Positions 1 to 25,915 of a stretch of 64,000 nt of DNA are shown one piece after another. The notes beneath the pieces are model-generated. The model saw only the letters and a program-made list of their open reading frames with translations, searched no databases and was not told the DNA's origin. The stretch spans positions 23,870,001-23,934,000 of the forward strand of contig NC_088807.1 of assembly GCF_011386835.1 (NCBI RefSeq). The letters are read 5' to 3'. The DNA is from Chrysemys picta bellii. Its lineage: Eukaryota. The stretch's first letter is position 1; every line of letters starts with the position of its first letter. Made by a program: the position numbers and the translations under genes.

Positions 1-149
1 GCAGCGCCCCCAGCACCTGCCCCCCCGGCTCCCCCTCCGCTGTCCCCCAGTACTCCCTGGGAATCCCCTCCCTCCCGCACCTGGCATCCACCTGTCCAGG
101 CTGCACCTGCCCCTCCCCCGCCATGTGACCTTTGGACCCTCCCCCGCCC

Positions 150-370
150 TCACCTGGGCTGTCTCTGTCCAAAACAAGGACCCAGGCGTCCGGGTCCTCG
201 GGAACCTCGAGCCGTTCGGACACCCCCCCCTGCCGCGCTCCCCTGAGATCAGCCGGACCCCAGCCCCCTCCGACACACCTGGACCGGTCCCGGGGGGCCG
301 GATTACGAGCAGAGCCCCCCGCCCCCCCTTTCTGATCGGCCCCGCCCCCTTCCCGGACGGGCGGCAGGTG
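150..370. promoter_or_regulatory. Candidate divergent promoter with non-coding first exons (PRRG2 on +; possibly NOSIP on -)
   Basis: CpG-rich, with a GC box (CCCCGCCCC) and nearby ETS-like CCGGA cores. A + strand donor CAG|GTGAGG lies at 367/368 and a - strand donor CAG|GTGAGG at 154/153. NOSIP is suggested only by the human head-to-head arrangement; no NOSIP coding sequence is visible. Confidence 0.4.
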
Positions 371-594
371 AGGTCGGGCTCGGGGTTCGCCTGGAAACTT
401 TCCCAGGGGGTCCTGCGGCGCCGGGGGGGGACTGGCATAGGTCGGGGTAACCGGGAACTAGAGAACTCCGGGCACTTCCCTGTTGTGTGGGGGCGGGGCA
501 GAGGCGACATGGGAGGGTTTGGGGCCGGGACAGGGGGTGGGAGCGTGGTTTGGGGGTGCTGGGGTAGATGTGGGGTGCTAAAGGGATTGGGGGA

Positions 595-1960
595 ATTTTG
601 AGGCTGCTAGGTGAGTCGGGGATGGGTGGATTTGGGGGTGCTGGAGGGATGGGAGATTAGGAAGGGGTGGATTAGGGGTGCTGGAGGGATGGGAGTTCAG
701 GAAGGGGTGGATTTGCGGGTGCTAGAGGAGTTGGGGAAGGGTTGAGGGAGGGGGTGGATTTGGGGGTGCTAGAGGAATTGGGGGAAGGGGTTGAGGGAGT
801 GGGTGGATTTGGGAGTGCAGGAGGAGATGGGTTTGGGAGGGAATGGGTTTGGGGGTGCTAGAGGATTTGGGGGTGCTAGAGGAATTGGAGGAAGGAGGTT
901 GAGGGAGGGGGTGGATTTGGGGTGCTAGAGAATTGGGGGAAGGGGGTTGAGGGAGGGGTGGATTTGGGAGTGCAGGAGGAGATGGGTTTGGGAGGGAATG
1001 GATTGGGGGTGCTAGAGGAATTGGGGGATGGGGGTTTGGGAAGGGCTTGTGGGTGGTGTAGGAATTGGGGAAGGGGGTTCAGAGAGGGGTGGATTTGGGG
1101 TGCTAGAGGAGTTGGGGGATGGGAGTTCAGGAAGGGGTGGATTTGGGGGTGCTAGAGGAATTAGAGGAAGGAGGTTGAGGGAGGGGGTGGATTTGGGGGT
1201 GCTAGAGAATTGGGGGAAGGGGGTTGAGGGAGGGGGTGGATTTGGGAGTGCAGGAGGAGATGGGTTTGGGAGGGAATGGATTTGGGGGTGCTAGAGGAAT
1301 TGGGGGATGGGGGTTTGGGAGGGGCTTATGGGTGGTGTAGGAATTGGGGAAGGGGGTTCAGGGAGGGGGTGGATTTGGGGGTGCTAGAGGAATTGGGGGA
1401 TGGGGGTGGGAGGGGTTTGTGGGTGGTGTAGGAATTGGGGGAAGGGGGTTCAGGGAGGGGTGGATTTGGGGTGCTAGAGGAGTTGGGGATGGGAGTTCAG
1501 GAAGGGGTGGATTTGGGGGTGCTAGAGGAATTGGAGGAAGGGGGTTGAGGGAGGGGGTGGATTTTGGAGTGCAGGAGGAGATGGGTTTGGGAGGGAATGG
1601 ATTTGGGGGTGCTAGAGGAATTGGGGGATGGGGGTTTGGGAGGGGCTTGTGGGTGGTGTAGGAATTGGGGGAAGGGGATTCAGGGAGGGGGTGGATTTGG
1701 GGGTGCTAGAGGAATTGGGGGATGGGGGTTTGGAAGGGGCTTGTGGGTGGTGTAGGAATTGGGGGAAGGGGGTTCAGGGAGGGGGTGGATTTGGGGGTGC
1801 TAGAGGACTTGGGGGATGGGGGTTTGGGAGGGGCTTGTGGGTGGTGTAGGAATTGGGGGAAGGGGGTTCAGGGAGGGGGTGGATTTGGGGGTGCTAGAGG
1901 AATTGGGGGATGGGGTTGGGAGGGGTTTGTGGGTGGTGTAGGAATCGGGGGATGGGATTC
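595..1960 (+). repeat. G-rich minisatellite (GGATTTGGGGGTGCTAGAGGAATTGGGGG-type units) in PRRG2 intron 1
   Basis: Directly visible degenerate tandem repetition; it explains the Gly-rich ORFs here. Confidence 0.9.
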
Positions 1961-2156
1961 ACTGCACCAGGAGCAGGTGGGATTTGGGGTAACACAATGG
2001 GGGGATTTGGGGGTGCCAGCCTGGTACCAATTGCAGATCGTGGAGTGGGGGGTGCCCAACTCCGGGGGTGATGGAGAAGGGGCACCAGGGATGCTGGGCT
2101 GGCTGCCCCCCTCCCCTGACGCTGCCCCCCCCTTGCAGGTCCCCCCTCCCCCCGTC

Positions 2157-5100
2157 ATGTGGAGGGCGCCCGTCCTGCTACTGCTGGGCCACGTTTTCGT
2201 CTCCAGCTTTGCCAGCACCCTCCGCAGGCAGCGGCCCCACGCACCACTCGGGGGGCAAGGTAAGTGGGGGGGGGCTTTAATGGGGGTCCCAGACCCTGGG
2301 AGCGGGAGCAACTCAGGATCCTACCTGAATCCCTCCCTCTCCCGACGCATTAGGAGAGTGGGTGCCCTAAATCCGGATCCCTAGATCCCACTCCCCTCCC
2401 AGAGCTGGGGAGAGAACCCAGGCGTCCTGAGCCCCGTTCTCCCCCCTTCCTCCAGTGTTCCTGGGTGCAGATGCCGCGCAGGGGTTCTTGGGGCGCCGGC
2501 TCCTCTACAATCACTGGGACTTCGAGCTGGTGACGCCGGGGAACCTGGAGCGCGAGTGCTGGGAGGAGGTTTGCAACTACGAGGAGGCGCGGGAAGTCTT
2601 CGAGAACAACGTTGCAACAGCTGAGTACGGGGGGGGGCACACACGGAGCTGTGGGGGGCCACGGGGGCCCGGGAGGCTGCAGAGGGGGAGGGGACTTGGG
2701 TGCCGCAGGGGGATCGGGTGTAGGGGGGGATGGGGGAGTGGGGTCCCCATGACCCAGCGGGGAGCAGCCATGTCTCAGGGAAGGATCCTAGCTGGCCCAG
2801 AGCCCGGACACCTGGGTTCCCACCTCCCACCACACACCCCCGTCTCCCTGGGGGCGGGTGAATGACGCCCACGTTACCCATGGGGCCCTGCGGCATTGAG
2901 GCCTGAGAGCAGAGGGGGCGGGGCAGGGCAGGTGGTTAACTCTTCTGACCCCGTGAGCCAGCTGGGTCCTAATCCCTGTACTGCTCCAGGGGGAGGGGGA
3001 TTCTCTCTCATTCTGTGGGGGGTGAGACAGCTCTGAGGTACCCCCAATCAGCCTGGTACCCCCACTCCAGCTCAGCATCCCATCTCTCCCAGCACCATAA
3101 ACCATGCCGTTACCAGGTAACCTGCCCCCCCACCCAGGGAAGTCGCCCCCCCCCCGCAGGCCTCCTTACTTAGGGGTCAGGTGAGCCCTACTAGCCACCC
3201 AGCCTCTGGGGCCTGTGTCGGGGAGTTCCGCAGGCCCAAGTGCGATAGGACTCGCCCAGCCTTCTTGCAAACCCAACGAGCTCGGGACCAGCTGTGAAAT
3301 CCTGTGGCATAGAGTTCCACAGGCCCACCCTTGCTGTGGGGGAGGAGCTGTGAATTTGCCCCTTTCCATTTCATGATGGGAGGGTGGGCTCAATCCCTGG
3401 TGCTGGGAGCGGAGTGGGGTCTAGTGGTTGGAGCAGGGGGGCTGGGAGCCAGGACTCCTGGTGGGGAGTGGGGTTTAGTGATTAAGGGGGCTCTAAATGG
3501 CAGGTGGAGGCAGATGTCGGGGAGCAGAGCAGCTGTACCCCTATATTAACCACCCATCTCGTGTTCCTCCCCCCCAGAAAGCCTTTTGGGAGACTTATCC
3601 CCACAATGGGAAAGGCGGGAGCTCAGGTGAGTGTGGGGCACCCCCCCTAGAGGGGAAAGACCCTGTACCCCATTCCCCACCCCCCTGAGCCAGCCAGTCC
3701 CCGCTCCTGGGGGCGGGAGAGAGCCTGCTGCCTCTAGGGACACTAATCCCCTCCCCCCTTGCACAGACAGCCCCGGGGTGGACGTGGCCGGGCTGGTGGC
3801 CGGGCTAGTGGCCGGGCTGGTTCTGATGATCATGGTCGGCGTCATTGCCATGTACTGGGTCAAGTACCGGTCCAAGGAGCGCAGGCAGCGCAGGTAAGGG
3901 GGGGCCCAGCAGGGCCTGGGGGGAAGGGGAGGGGCCAGAGACATGAGGGGCACTGCCCCCCTGGGGGGGATGGGTGGAAGGTAGGGGAAGAGGAGGGGGT
4001 GGGAGGGGGTGGTAGGGGCACAGTGCCCCCAGGAGAGAGGAAGTGGGGGGAGGGGCACGACACATTCTGGGGAGGGGAGGGAATGGGAGGGGTTGCATTA
4101 CCCCCAGGGGAGCGGACGGGGTGGGAGGTGCCCCCAGGGAAGGGGAGGGGATGGGAGGGGTTGCAGCACCCCCAGGGAAGGGGAGGGGCATGGGGGAGGG
4201 GCATGGCATTCCCAGGGAGGGAGAGGGGCAGGAGCTGGGGGGAGGGGCACAGCACCCCCAGGGGGAAGGGAGAGGGTCACAGCACTCCCGGGAGAGGGGC
4301 ACAGCACCCTTAGGGGGAAGTAGGGTGACCAGATGTCCTGATTTTTATAGGGACAGTCCTGATTTTTGGGTCTTTTTCTTATATAGGATCCTATTACTCC
4401 CCACCCCCTCTCCGCTTTTTCACACTTGCCATCTGGTCACCCTGGGGGGAAGGGAGGGGTCGCAGCAGCCCCAGGGGAGGGGAAGGGGCGGGAGCGGCAC
4501 AGGGCCCATGGGGGAGGTGCTGAGGTGACGTTCCCCCAGGTGGATTTGCTGGGGGAGGGGTGTGTGCCCCCCATAATCCTCCTGTTTGTCTCCCCCGCAG
4601 TGTCCACGTGCCCCTGAATCCCGACGTGCCCCTGACCTGCCTCCCTGGGGACCCCAAGCCGCTGGGCCCCCCCGGGCTGCCCTCATACCAGGAGGCACTG
4701 GAAGCGTCGGGAGTCCACGACGCGCCCCCCCCGCCTTATCCCAGGTGGGGGCCACTCGGGTGTCTGTCTGTGTGTCTGCCCCTGTCTGTCTGGGTTAGAG
4801 TGCGGGGGCTGGGAGCCAGGACTCCTGGGTTCTCTCCCTTCCTAGCTCTGTGACAATCTGTAAATAATTTTTGGTGTGTTTCGTGTGGCAGCCCTTTGGG
4901 GCCGGGTCTGTGCAGCGCCAGGGCCCCCCAGCTTTGGCTGGGGGGGTGGGGTCAGTGCAGCCCCCCATCAGCCCGTTCTCAGGCACACAGACTCCCCCTT
5001 CCCCCCCAGCTGAGATCGGGGCCCCGTCACGGACACCGACGTAGGCTGGTGCGGGCAGGGCCCTGTGAATCTCGAGTCCGGGGCTGCGCAGGTCTGGGGG

Positions 5101-5220
5101 GGTGTTTGCAAAGGGGGGGGGGGGGACACCAACTTTATGTCCCCTCTGCCTGGGTCCCAGTGTGTAACCTGATTTCCTTTTTCCCCCAGGGCTCCCAGCT
5201 CTTCCACCCAGCCCCACTGA
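2157..5220 (+). CDS. PRRG2: Transmembrane gamma-carboxyglutamic acid protein 2 (proline-rich Gla protein 2), 205 aa
   Basis: Coding exons 2157-2259, 2456-2619, 3578-3626, 3767-3893, 4601-4744, 5190-5220; 618 nt, in frame. Signal peptide MWRAPVLLLLG; Gla domain [44 protein letters not shown]; TM helix; cytoplasmic LPSY and PPPY motifs; ends PH* like the human protein. Position upstream of PRR12 matches human. The donor after 2619 is atypical (GCTGAG). Confidence 0.92.
4321..4444. mobile_element. 124-bp hAT-type MITE in PRRG2 intron
   Basis: Terminal inverted repeats TAGGGTGACCAGA ... TCTGGTCACCCTG, with a perfect 8-bp target-site duplication GGGGGAAG at 4313-4320 and 4445-4452. An 8-bp TSD is the hAT signature. 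Confidence 0.9.
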
Positions 5221-5279
5221 TCGGACCCACAGCCACTGGATTGCTGCTGTGGGCGGGCGGGGGGAGCGGGGGGAAGATG

Positions 5280-6060
5280 TGGTGAGTGTGCGTCCGTGGG
5301 ATACAATGAGTGTATGGATGAATGTGAGATGCACGGTGAGTGTGCAACGCGTGAAGGGAAACGGGGTGAATGTGCAGGTGTGAGTGTGCGAGGTGACCAT
5401 GCGAGGTGAGTGTACATGCATGCGGCACAGGGTGTGTGCAAAGGGGGTGCAAGGCAGAGGGCACATGGGACTGGGGTGAGTGTGCAAGACTGGGGGAGCA
5501 TGTGTGATGGGGCCGTGTATGTAAGGCACGTGGGTGTATGTGCCTGGGGTGTGCGTGCGTGAGTGAGACATGAGGGTGCATGTAAGTGTGATGTGGGGCG
5601 AGTGTGTGAGGCCAGGGGCATATGTGATGGGGAGTGGGTGTGCAACATATAAGGGATATGTGTGATGGGGAGTGGGTGTCCGAGATACACGGGGTGTGTG
5701 AAGTGGAGTGAGTGCAATGATGGGGAACGTGACGGCGAGCAGGTGTGCGAAACATTGGGGTATGTGTGGTGTGGGATGAGTGTGCAAGGCTAGGGTCATG
5801 TGCAACAGGGATGGGTGAGTGTGCCAGACATGGGCATGTGTGCCGGAGATGAGTGAGAGATGGTGGGCGAGCACATCCAAGCGTGCGAGACACAGGTCTG
5901 TGTGTGGAGGAGTGAGGGGGCACAAGCATGCTGGGTGGTGTGCACGCACAATGGGGTGAGTGGGGTGGTGTGCACGCACAATGGGGTGAGTGTGAGGATG
6001 AAGCGAGTGTGTGACACACTGAGCGCATGTGCAAGGCACAAGTGTGTGCATGTGCCGTGA
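5280..6060 (+). repeat. TG-rich low-complexity tract in PRRG2 3' UTR
   Basis: Dense GTGTG/GTGAGTG/GTGCA repetition between the stop codon and the AATAAA. Confidence 0.7.
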
Positions 6061-6242
6061 GTGGCGTCTGACAGAGTGCTGGGCACTGGGGGTGCACCTG
6101 GCCCCCCAACCCTCTGTCCACCCCATTTGGCAGCACAGAGGAGCCGGCTGGGGATGGTGCTGACCCACCCGGTCCCCATCCCGCTGTAGCCGGCTGCACC
6201 GGGGCTGGGACCCGCCTCCCGCACCGGGATTGTTGTCAGCGT

Positions 6243-6248
6243 AATAAA
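6243..6248 (+). terminator. Probable PRRG2 polyadenylation signal
   Basis: AATAAA about 1 kb downstream of the stop at 5220. Confidence 0.65.
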
Positions 6249-6399
6249 GCGCCAGCCGTTTGCTAGAACCCGCCGTGTCCTGCGTCTGGGGTGAGGGCGC
6301 GTCTCACGGGGCCCCTCTCGCCGGCTGAGTGTTCCTGGGTGTGCAAACCCGCGTGATTGTACCTGTGCGAAGAGCTGCTCCTACCACACCTGGCACGGG

Positions 6400-7230
6400 C
6401 CGCCAGGGCCGAGCCACGCCGGGGGACACGGGGACGCTGGTGCACGCTCTGCCGGGGGTGAGCCACGCCTGGGGACACGAGGACGCTGGTGCATGCTCTG
6501 CCCCAGGTGAGCCACGCCGGGGGACACGGGGACGCTGGTGCACGTGCCGGCCCAGGACAGCCACGCCGGGGGACATGGGGATGCTGGTGCACGCACCGCC
6601 CTGGGCGAGCCACGCCGGGGGACACGGGGACGCTGGTGCACGCGCCGGCCAGGGCCGAGCCACGCCTGGGGACACGAGGACGCTGGTGCACGTGCTGCCC
6701 CGGGTGAGCCACGCCTGGGGACAAGGGGACGCTGGTGCATGCGCCGGCCAGGGCCGAGCCACGCCTGGGGACACAAGGACACTGGTGCACATTCTACCGG
6801 GGGTGAGCCACACCTGGGGACACGGGGACGCTGGTGCACATTCTACCGGGGGTGAGCCACACCTGGGGACACGGGGACGTTGGTGCACGTGCCGGCCAGG
6901 GCCGAGCCGTGCCTGGGGACACGGGGACGCTGGTGCACGTTCTGCCGGGGGTGAGCCACACCTGGGGACACGGGGACGCTGGTGCACACTCTGCTGGGGG
7001 TGAGCCACGCCTGGGGACACGGGGACGCTGGTGCATGCACCGGCCAGGGCCGAGCCACGCCTGGGGACACGAGGACGCTGGTGCATGCTCTGCCCCAGGT
7101 GAGCCACGCCTGGGGACACGAGGACGCTGGTGCAAGTGCCGCCAGGGCTGAGCCACGCCTGGGGACACGGGGACGCTGGTGCACGCTCTACCGGGGGTGA
7201 GCCACGCCTGGGGACACGGGGACGCTGGTG
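6400..7230. repeat. Intergenic tandem repeat, ~42-46-bp unit (GAGCCACGCCTGGGGACACGGGGACGCTGGTGCA core)
   Basis: Roughly 18-20 visible copies; it generates the overlapping repetitive ORFs at 6263-7468. Confidence 0.9.
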
Positions 7231-7479
7231 CATCTGTGCAAACTGCTTCATGATCCAGGGCTTGGACCCGTGCGGCTGGGGCGTGAATGGTGCTGGTGCA
7301 CGCCCAGCTATCCCGTGCACGTGGAAACCCAGCATGCATCATGGGCCCCCTCGTGCTGCGGCTTGCAGGGTGGCCTGATGCCTGGGTGAGGGGCACTGAG
7401 GCCCTGGTGGCCCCGGTCGGGGAGGGAACATTGCAGGACATGGATTGGCCTCTTGCTCTGCCTATCATTTCTCTGCAGC

Positions 7480-7700
7480 AGCGGGTTCCGCCCCTCCATG
7501 GGAGCGGATTGGTGGGAAGGAGACAGACAGGCAGTTCAGCCCAGCCAATGAAGCCTCGAGTAGGAGCATGGCGGGAAGGGCTCTAATCTATTTCCCCCCT
7601 CCCTGGAACTACAGCTCCCAGCATGCAGTGCTTCCACTTCATTCCAAGCACCCGGCTTCCTTCCTTCCTCCCGGTGCGTGATGGGACTCGTAGTCCCTCC
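7480..7700. promoter_or_regulatory. Promoter-like element upstream of PRR12 with two ZNF143/THAP11-type sites and CCAAT boxes
   Basis: ACTACAGCTCCCAGCATGCAGTGC at 7608-7631; reverse-strand ACTACGAGTCCCATCACGCACCG near 7675-7697; GATTGG and CCAAT boxes at about 7507-7548; GC box TTCCGCCC. Confidence 0.6.
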
Positions 7701-8279
7701 TTTCTCCCCCTCCCCCAGAGGCTGCCATAGCCCCTGTGTTGTTTTTGGCCAAGGCAGACCATGGGGCCTGGCCTACAGTAGGGGCCAGCTTGGGACCCTG
7801 TTATAAGAGTAGGGGGAGGGGCAGGACCAGCCCCTAGATGCCTGGGTCCTGCCCCATATTTTCTGGGCCCCACCCTCAGGACTCAAATGCAACCCCCACC
7901 CTGGCCAGCCCCAAACCTTGGGCAAGTAGGTTCCAAGGAGTTGTGCTCCCCCCCCCCCGTCTCTGCCAGTGGTGGGCGCCCCTTAGCCAGAGGGCCTGTG
8001 GGGAGGGCGTGGGGTGGCAGAGTCAGGGGTGTGTGTGGGGGAGTTCCCCCCAGCAGCCTTCCCCCAGCGCTCCATGCTGTGTGTCTGAGATCGCACACCG
8101 GTGTGTGTGTGTTGGGCAGGGTTCACACTGCACACGCCTGTGATGGGGGGTCGTGCAAGACACAGACACGAGTGAGGGGTTTTGCAAGTTGCACAGACAT
8201 TTTTTGGGGGGGGGGGTGTTGCATGGTGCACCTGTGTGTGTGTGTGTGATATTGGGGAGGGGTATAGTCCTGATCCTCA

Positions 8280-8960
8280 TCCCCCTCTAACCCTGTCCCA
8301 CTCCCTCCCTCCTCTCTCAGCCCCATTCCTTCCTTCCCCATCCCTCCCTCCTCCTCTCTCTGCCCCACTCCCTCTTCCCCCTCCCTCCTCTCTGCCCCAC
8401 TCCCTCCCTCCTTCTCTCTGCCCCACTCCCTCCATCCCCTCCCTCCTCTCTCAGCCCCATTCCTTCCCCTCCTCTCTCTGCCCCACTCCCTCCTTCCTTG
8501 ACCCTTATCTCCTCCTCTATCCCTACCCCATCCCCTCCCTCCTCCTGTCTCTGCCCCACTCCCTCCTTCCCTACCCCTCCCTCCTCTCTCTGCCCCATCC
8601 CTTCCTTCCCCATCCTGCCTCCTCCTCTCTCTGCCCCACTCCTCCTTCCTTGACCCTTCTCTCCTCCTCTATCCCTACCCCATTCCCTCCATCCCCTCCC
8701 TCCCCGTCTCTGCCCCACTCCTCCTTCCCTACCCCTCCCTCCTTCCTCTCTCTGCCCCATCCCTTCCTTCCCCATCCTGCCCCCTCCTCTCTCTGCCCCA
8801 CTCCCTCCTTCCTTGACCCTTCTCTCCTCCTCTATCCCTACCCCATCCCCTCCCTCCCCCTGTCTCTGCCCCACTCCCTCCTTCCTTGACCCTTCTCTCC
8901 TCCTCTATCCCTACCCCATTCCCTCCATCCCCCGTCTCTGCCCCGCTCCCTCCATCCACG
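8280..8960. repeat. C/T-rich tandem repeat (CTCTCTGCCCCACTCCCTCC units) upstream of PRR12
   Basis: Visible polypyrimidine tandem repetition. Confidence 0.85.
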
Positions 8961-9201
8961 CCCCACTCCCCTCTCCCTGCCCCACACTCCCTCCCTCCCC
9001 CGACCCCCCCCCCCGCTCCGTCTCTCTCCCTCCTCCCCCGTCTCTGTCTCATTCCCCCCTTCTCCTCCCCCCAGCACGGGATTGTGGGAGGAAGCGGGGC
9101 GGACAGAGACACCCAGCGAACATGGCTGCACCATGATCCGCCTCGCCAGCGGCCGCCGCCTCCCGCAGCCCCAGCGCCAGCGCCGCCAGCCCGGGGCCTG
9201 A

Positions 9202-23373
<14,172 letters not shown>

Positions 23374-23679
23374 GTGAGCCCGGGGGGCGTGCGGGGGGAG
23401 GGGAGGGCGGGGAGTCACAGCGCCGGAGCCCGGCTCCGGCCGGTCGGTTCAAGCCATGGGGCCGGGGCAGGCCTGGCCCCACGGCTCCTCTGCCCAGCTC
23501 CAATCCTACCCCGTTCTTTTTCCCATGTTACTAGGGTCACCCCCATTCCCTCCCCTGGGTACAGGACACCCCATCCATCCCAACTGCAGGAGAGGCCTGG
23601 GTAAACCCCACATGTAAACCCCAGAGAAAGAAAAATAGAGAACCAGAGAGAATGCCCCCAGGGTGAAAGAGCAGAGTGA

Positions 23680-25415
23680 AAGAGGAGGTTAGAGAGGAAA
23701 AGGCGTCTTTAAAAAGTCAAATCCCGGTGAGGGAAGGAGCCTAAACTCTGGCAATCAAGTGCAAAAGGATCGTTGGCCAAAAGAGAATTTAAAGAGCAAC
23801 CAGCAAATGACACAAAATCGAACTCCGTGAGAAGCAGGAAGCCTGACCAACAATCAGTGAACGAGGTGCTAAGGGAACACTCAAGGAAGACAAGGCCGTG
23901 GCGGAGAAGCCAAATGAATTCTTTGCGTCGGTCTTCACTGCAGAGGAGGGGAGGAGACGCCAAACTCGAGCCATGTTTTTTGGGTGACAGATCTGAGGAA
24001 CTGCCCCAGATTGAGTGTCAGTAGAGGAGGTTTGGGAATAAAGTGATACATTAACCAGGAACAGGTCCCTAGGCCCGACTGGGAATCACCCGAGTTCGGC
24101 AGGAACTACGAGATGAAATTGCCGAACTACTCACTGGGGTGTGTCACCAATCGCTTAACTCCGCCTCTGGCCCAGACGGCTGGAGGGTAGCTCACGTGAT
24201 GCCGATTTTTCAGAAAGGTTCCAGGGGCGATCCTGGCAATTCCAGGCCGGTGAGCCTAACTTCAGTACCGGGCAAACTGGTTAAAACCGTGGTAAAGAAC
24301 AGCGTGATCAGGCACCGAGACGAACGTGCTGTGTTGGCTTTTGGAGAGGAAAATCACGCCTCACCGATCTATTAGAATTCTTCCAGGGGGTCGACACAAG
24401 TGACAAGGGGAGCCAGTGTCCTTAGACTTTCAGGAAGCCTGTGACAAGGTCCCTCACCCAAGGCTCTTAAGCAAACTAAGCTGGCATGGGATAAGGGGGA
24501 AGGTCCCTCGCGGGTGGGGTGACCAGACAGCAAATGTGAAAATCGGGATGGGGTGGGGGGTAATAGGAGCCTATATAAGAAAAAGCCCCCAAAATCGGAC
24601 TGTCCCTATAAAAATCGGGACATGGGGTCAGTAACTGGGGAAAGACAGGAACAAAGGGGTGGAATCAAGGGGCAGTTTTCAGGCTGGAGAGAGGTGAATA
24701 GTGGGGTCCCCGGGGGGCTGCACTGGGCCCAGCGCTGCTCAACATGGGCATAAGTGAGCTGGGAAAAGGGGGAACCAGGAGGCGGCGGAGTTTGCAGATG
24801 ACACAAAATGATGCTGGATAAATCAGTCCGAAGCAGCCCATGAAGAGTACCAAGGGACCTCACCGAGCTGCAGGTGAAATTCAGGTCGATCGAAAACAGA
24901 ATCCCTGCTCTACATAGGAAAGGCTGGGGGCCTGAATGAGCCGTTCCCGCTCAAGCAAGAGCTCTGGGAGTCATTACGTCCGCTCGGTGGGCAGCGTATT
25001 GGAAAGGGATAGATGATACGCGAATAAATACCCTAATTGCTGCTGTATAAATCCACGGCACGACCACACCTCGAATACTGCATCCGTTCTGGTCGCCCCA
25101 TCTCAAAAAAGATCTACTCGGATTGAAAAGGTGGCAGAGAACAGCGACAAGAACGCTTAGGGGGGCAGAACAGCTTCCATACGAGGAGAGGTGAAAAAGC
25201 CGGGGCCGATTCAGCTTGGAAAAGGGACGAGTAAGGAGGGATATGAAGGAGATCTATAAACTCATGACTAGTGTGAAGCAAGTGACTAGGGACGTGTTAT
25301 TTACCCCTTCTTGTAACACAAAAACAAGGGGTCACCGATGAAATGAACAGGCAGTGGGTTTAAAACAAACCGAAGGAAGTATTTCTTCACCCAACGAACC
25401 GTTAACCTGTGGAAC
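23680..25415 (+). mobile_element. Degenerate CR1 LINE (ORF2 linker, reverse transcriptase and C-terminal part), running into the gap
   Basis: Frameshifted translation gives CR1-type blocks: EFFASVFT, DGWRVAHVMPIFQKGSRGDPGNSRPVSLTSVPGKLV, LDFQEACDKVPHPRLLSKL, LEYCIRSGRPISK, RGHRMK...FKTNRRKYFFTQRTVNLWN. Confidence 0.9.
24515..24630. mobile_element. Second copy of the hAT MITE, reverse orientation, nested in the CR1
   Basis: Sequence matches the reverse complement of 4321-4444 (GGGTGACCAGACAGCAAATGTGAAAATCGGGA...CTGTCCCTATAAAAATCGGGACAT). The right end is truncated and no clear TSD is visible. Confidence 0.8.
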
Positions 25416-25915
25416 NNNNNNNNNNNNNNNNNNNNNNNNNNNNNNNNNNNNNNNNNNNNNNNNNNNNNNNNNNNNNNNNNNNNNNNNNNNNNNNNNNNNN
25501 NNNNNNNNNNNNNNNNNNNNNNNNNNNNNNNNNNNNNNNNNNNNNNNNNNNNNNNNNNNNNNNNNNNNNNNNNNNNNNNNNNNNNNNNNNNNNNNNNNNN
25601 NNNNNNNNNNNNNNNNNNNNNNNNNNNNNNNNNNNNNNNNNNNNNNNNNNNNNNNNNNNNNNNNNNNNNNNNNNNNNNNNNNNNNNNNNNNNNNNNNNNN
25701 NNNNNNNNNNNNNNNNNNNNNNNNNNNNNNNNNNNNNNNNNNNNNNNNNNNNNNNNNNNNNNNNNNNNNNNNNNNNNNNNNNNNNNNNNNNNNNNNNNNN
25801 NNNNNNNNNNNNNNNNNNNNNNNNNNNNNNNNNNNNNNNNNNNNNNNNNNNNNNNNNNNNNNNNNNNNNNNNNNNNNNNNNNNNNNNNNNNNNNNNNNNN
25901 NNNNNNNNNNNNNNN
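25416..25915. other. Assembly gap (500 N; true size unknown)
   Basis: Run of exactly 500 N. Confidence 0.99.

Noticed and set aside
2456-2619. Assignment to PRRG4 because of the RRLLYN propeptide junction
   Set aside because: NHWD in the Gla domain, the PH* ending and the position next to PRR12 fit PRRG2.
5001-5013. Alternative last PRRG2 exon at CCCCCCCAG|CTGA (about 5010), which would end PPPYPS*
   Set aside because: The 5190 acceptor has a stronger pyrimidine tract and yields the conserved PH* terminus; 5010 remains possible as a minor isoform.
23680-25415. Active or domesticated reverse transcriptase gene
   Set aside because: Many stops and frameshifts plus a nested MITE; it is a dead CR1 copy.
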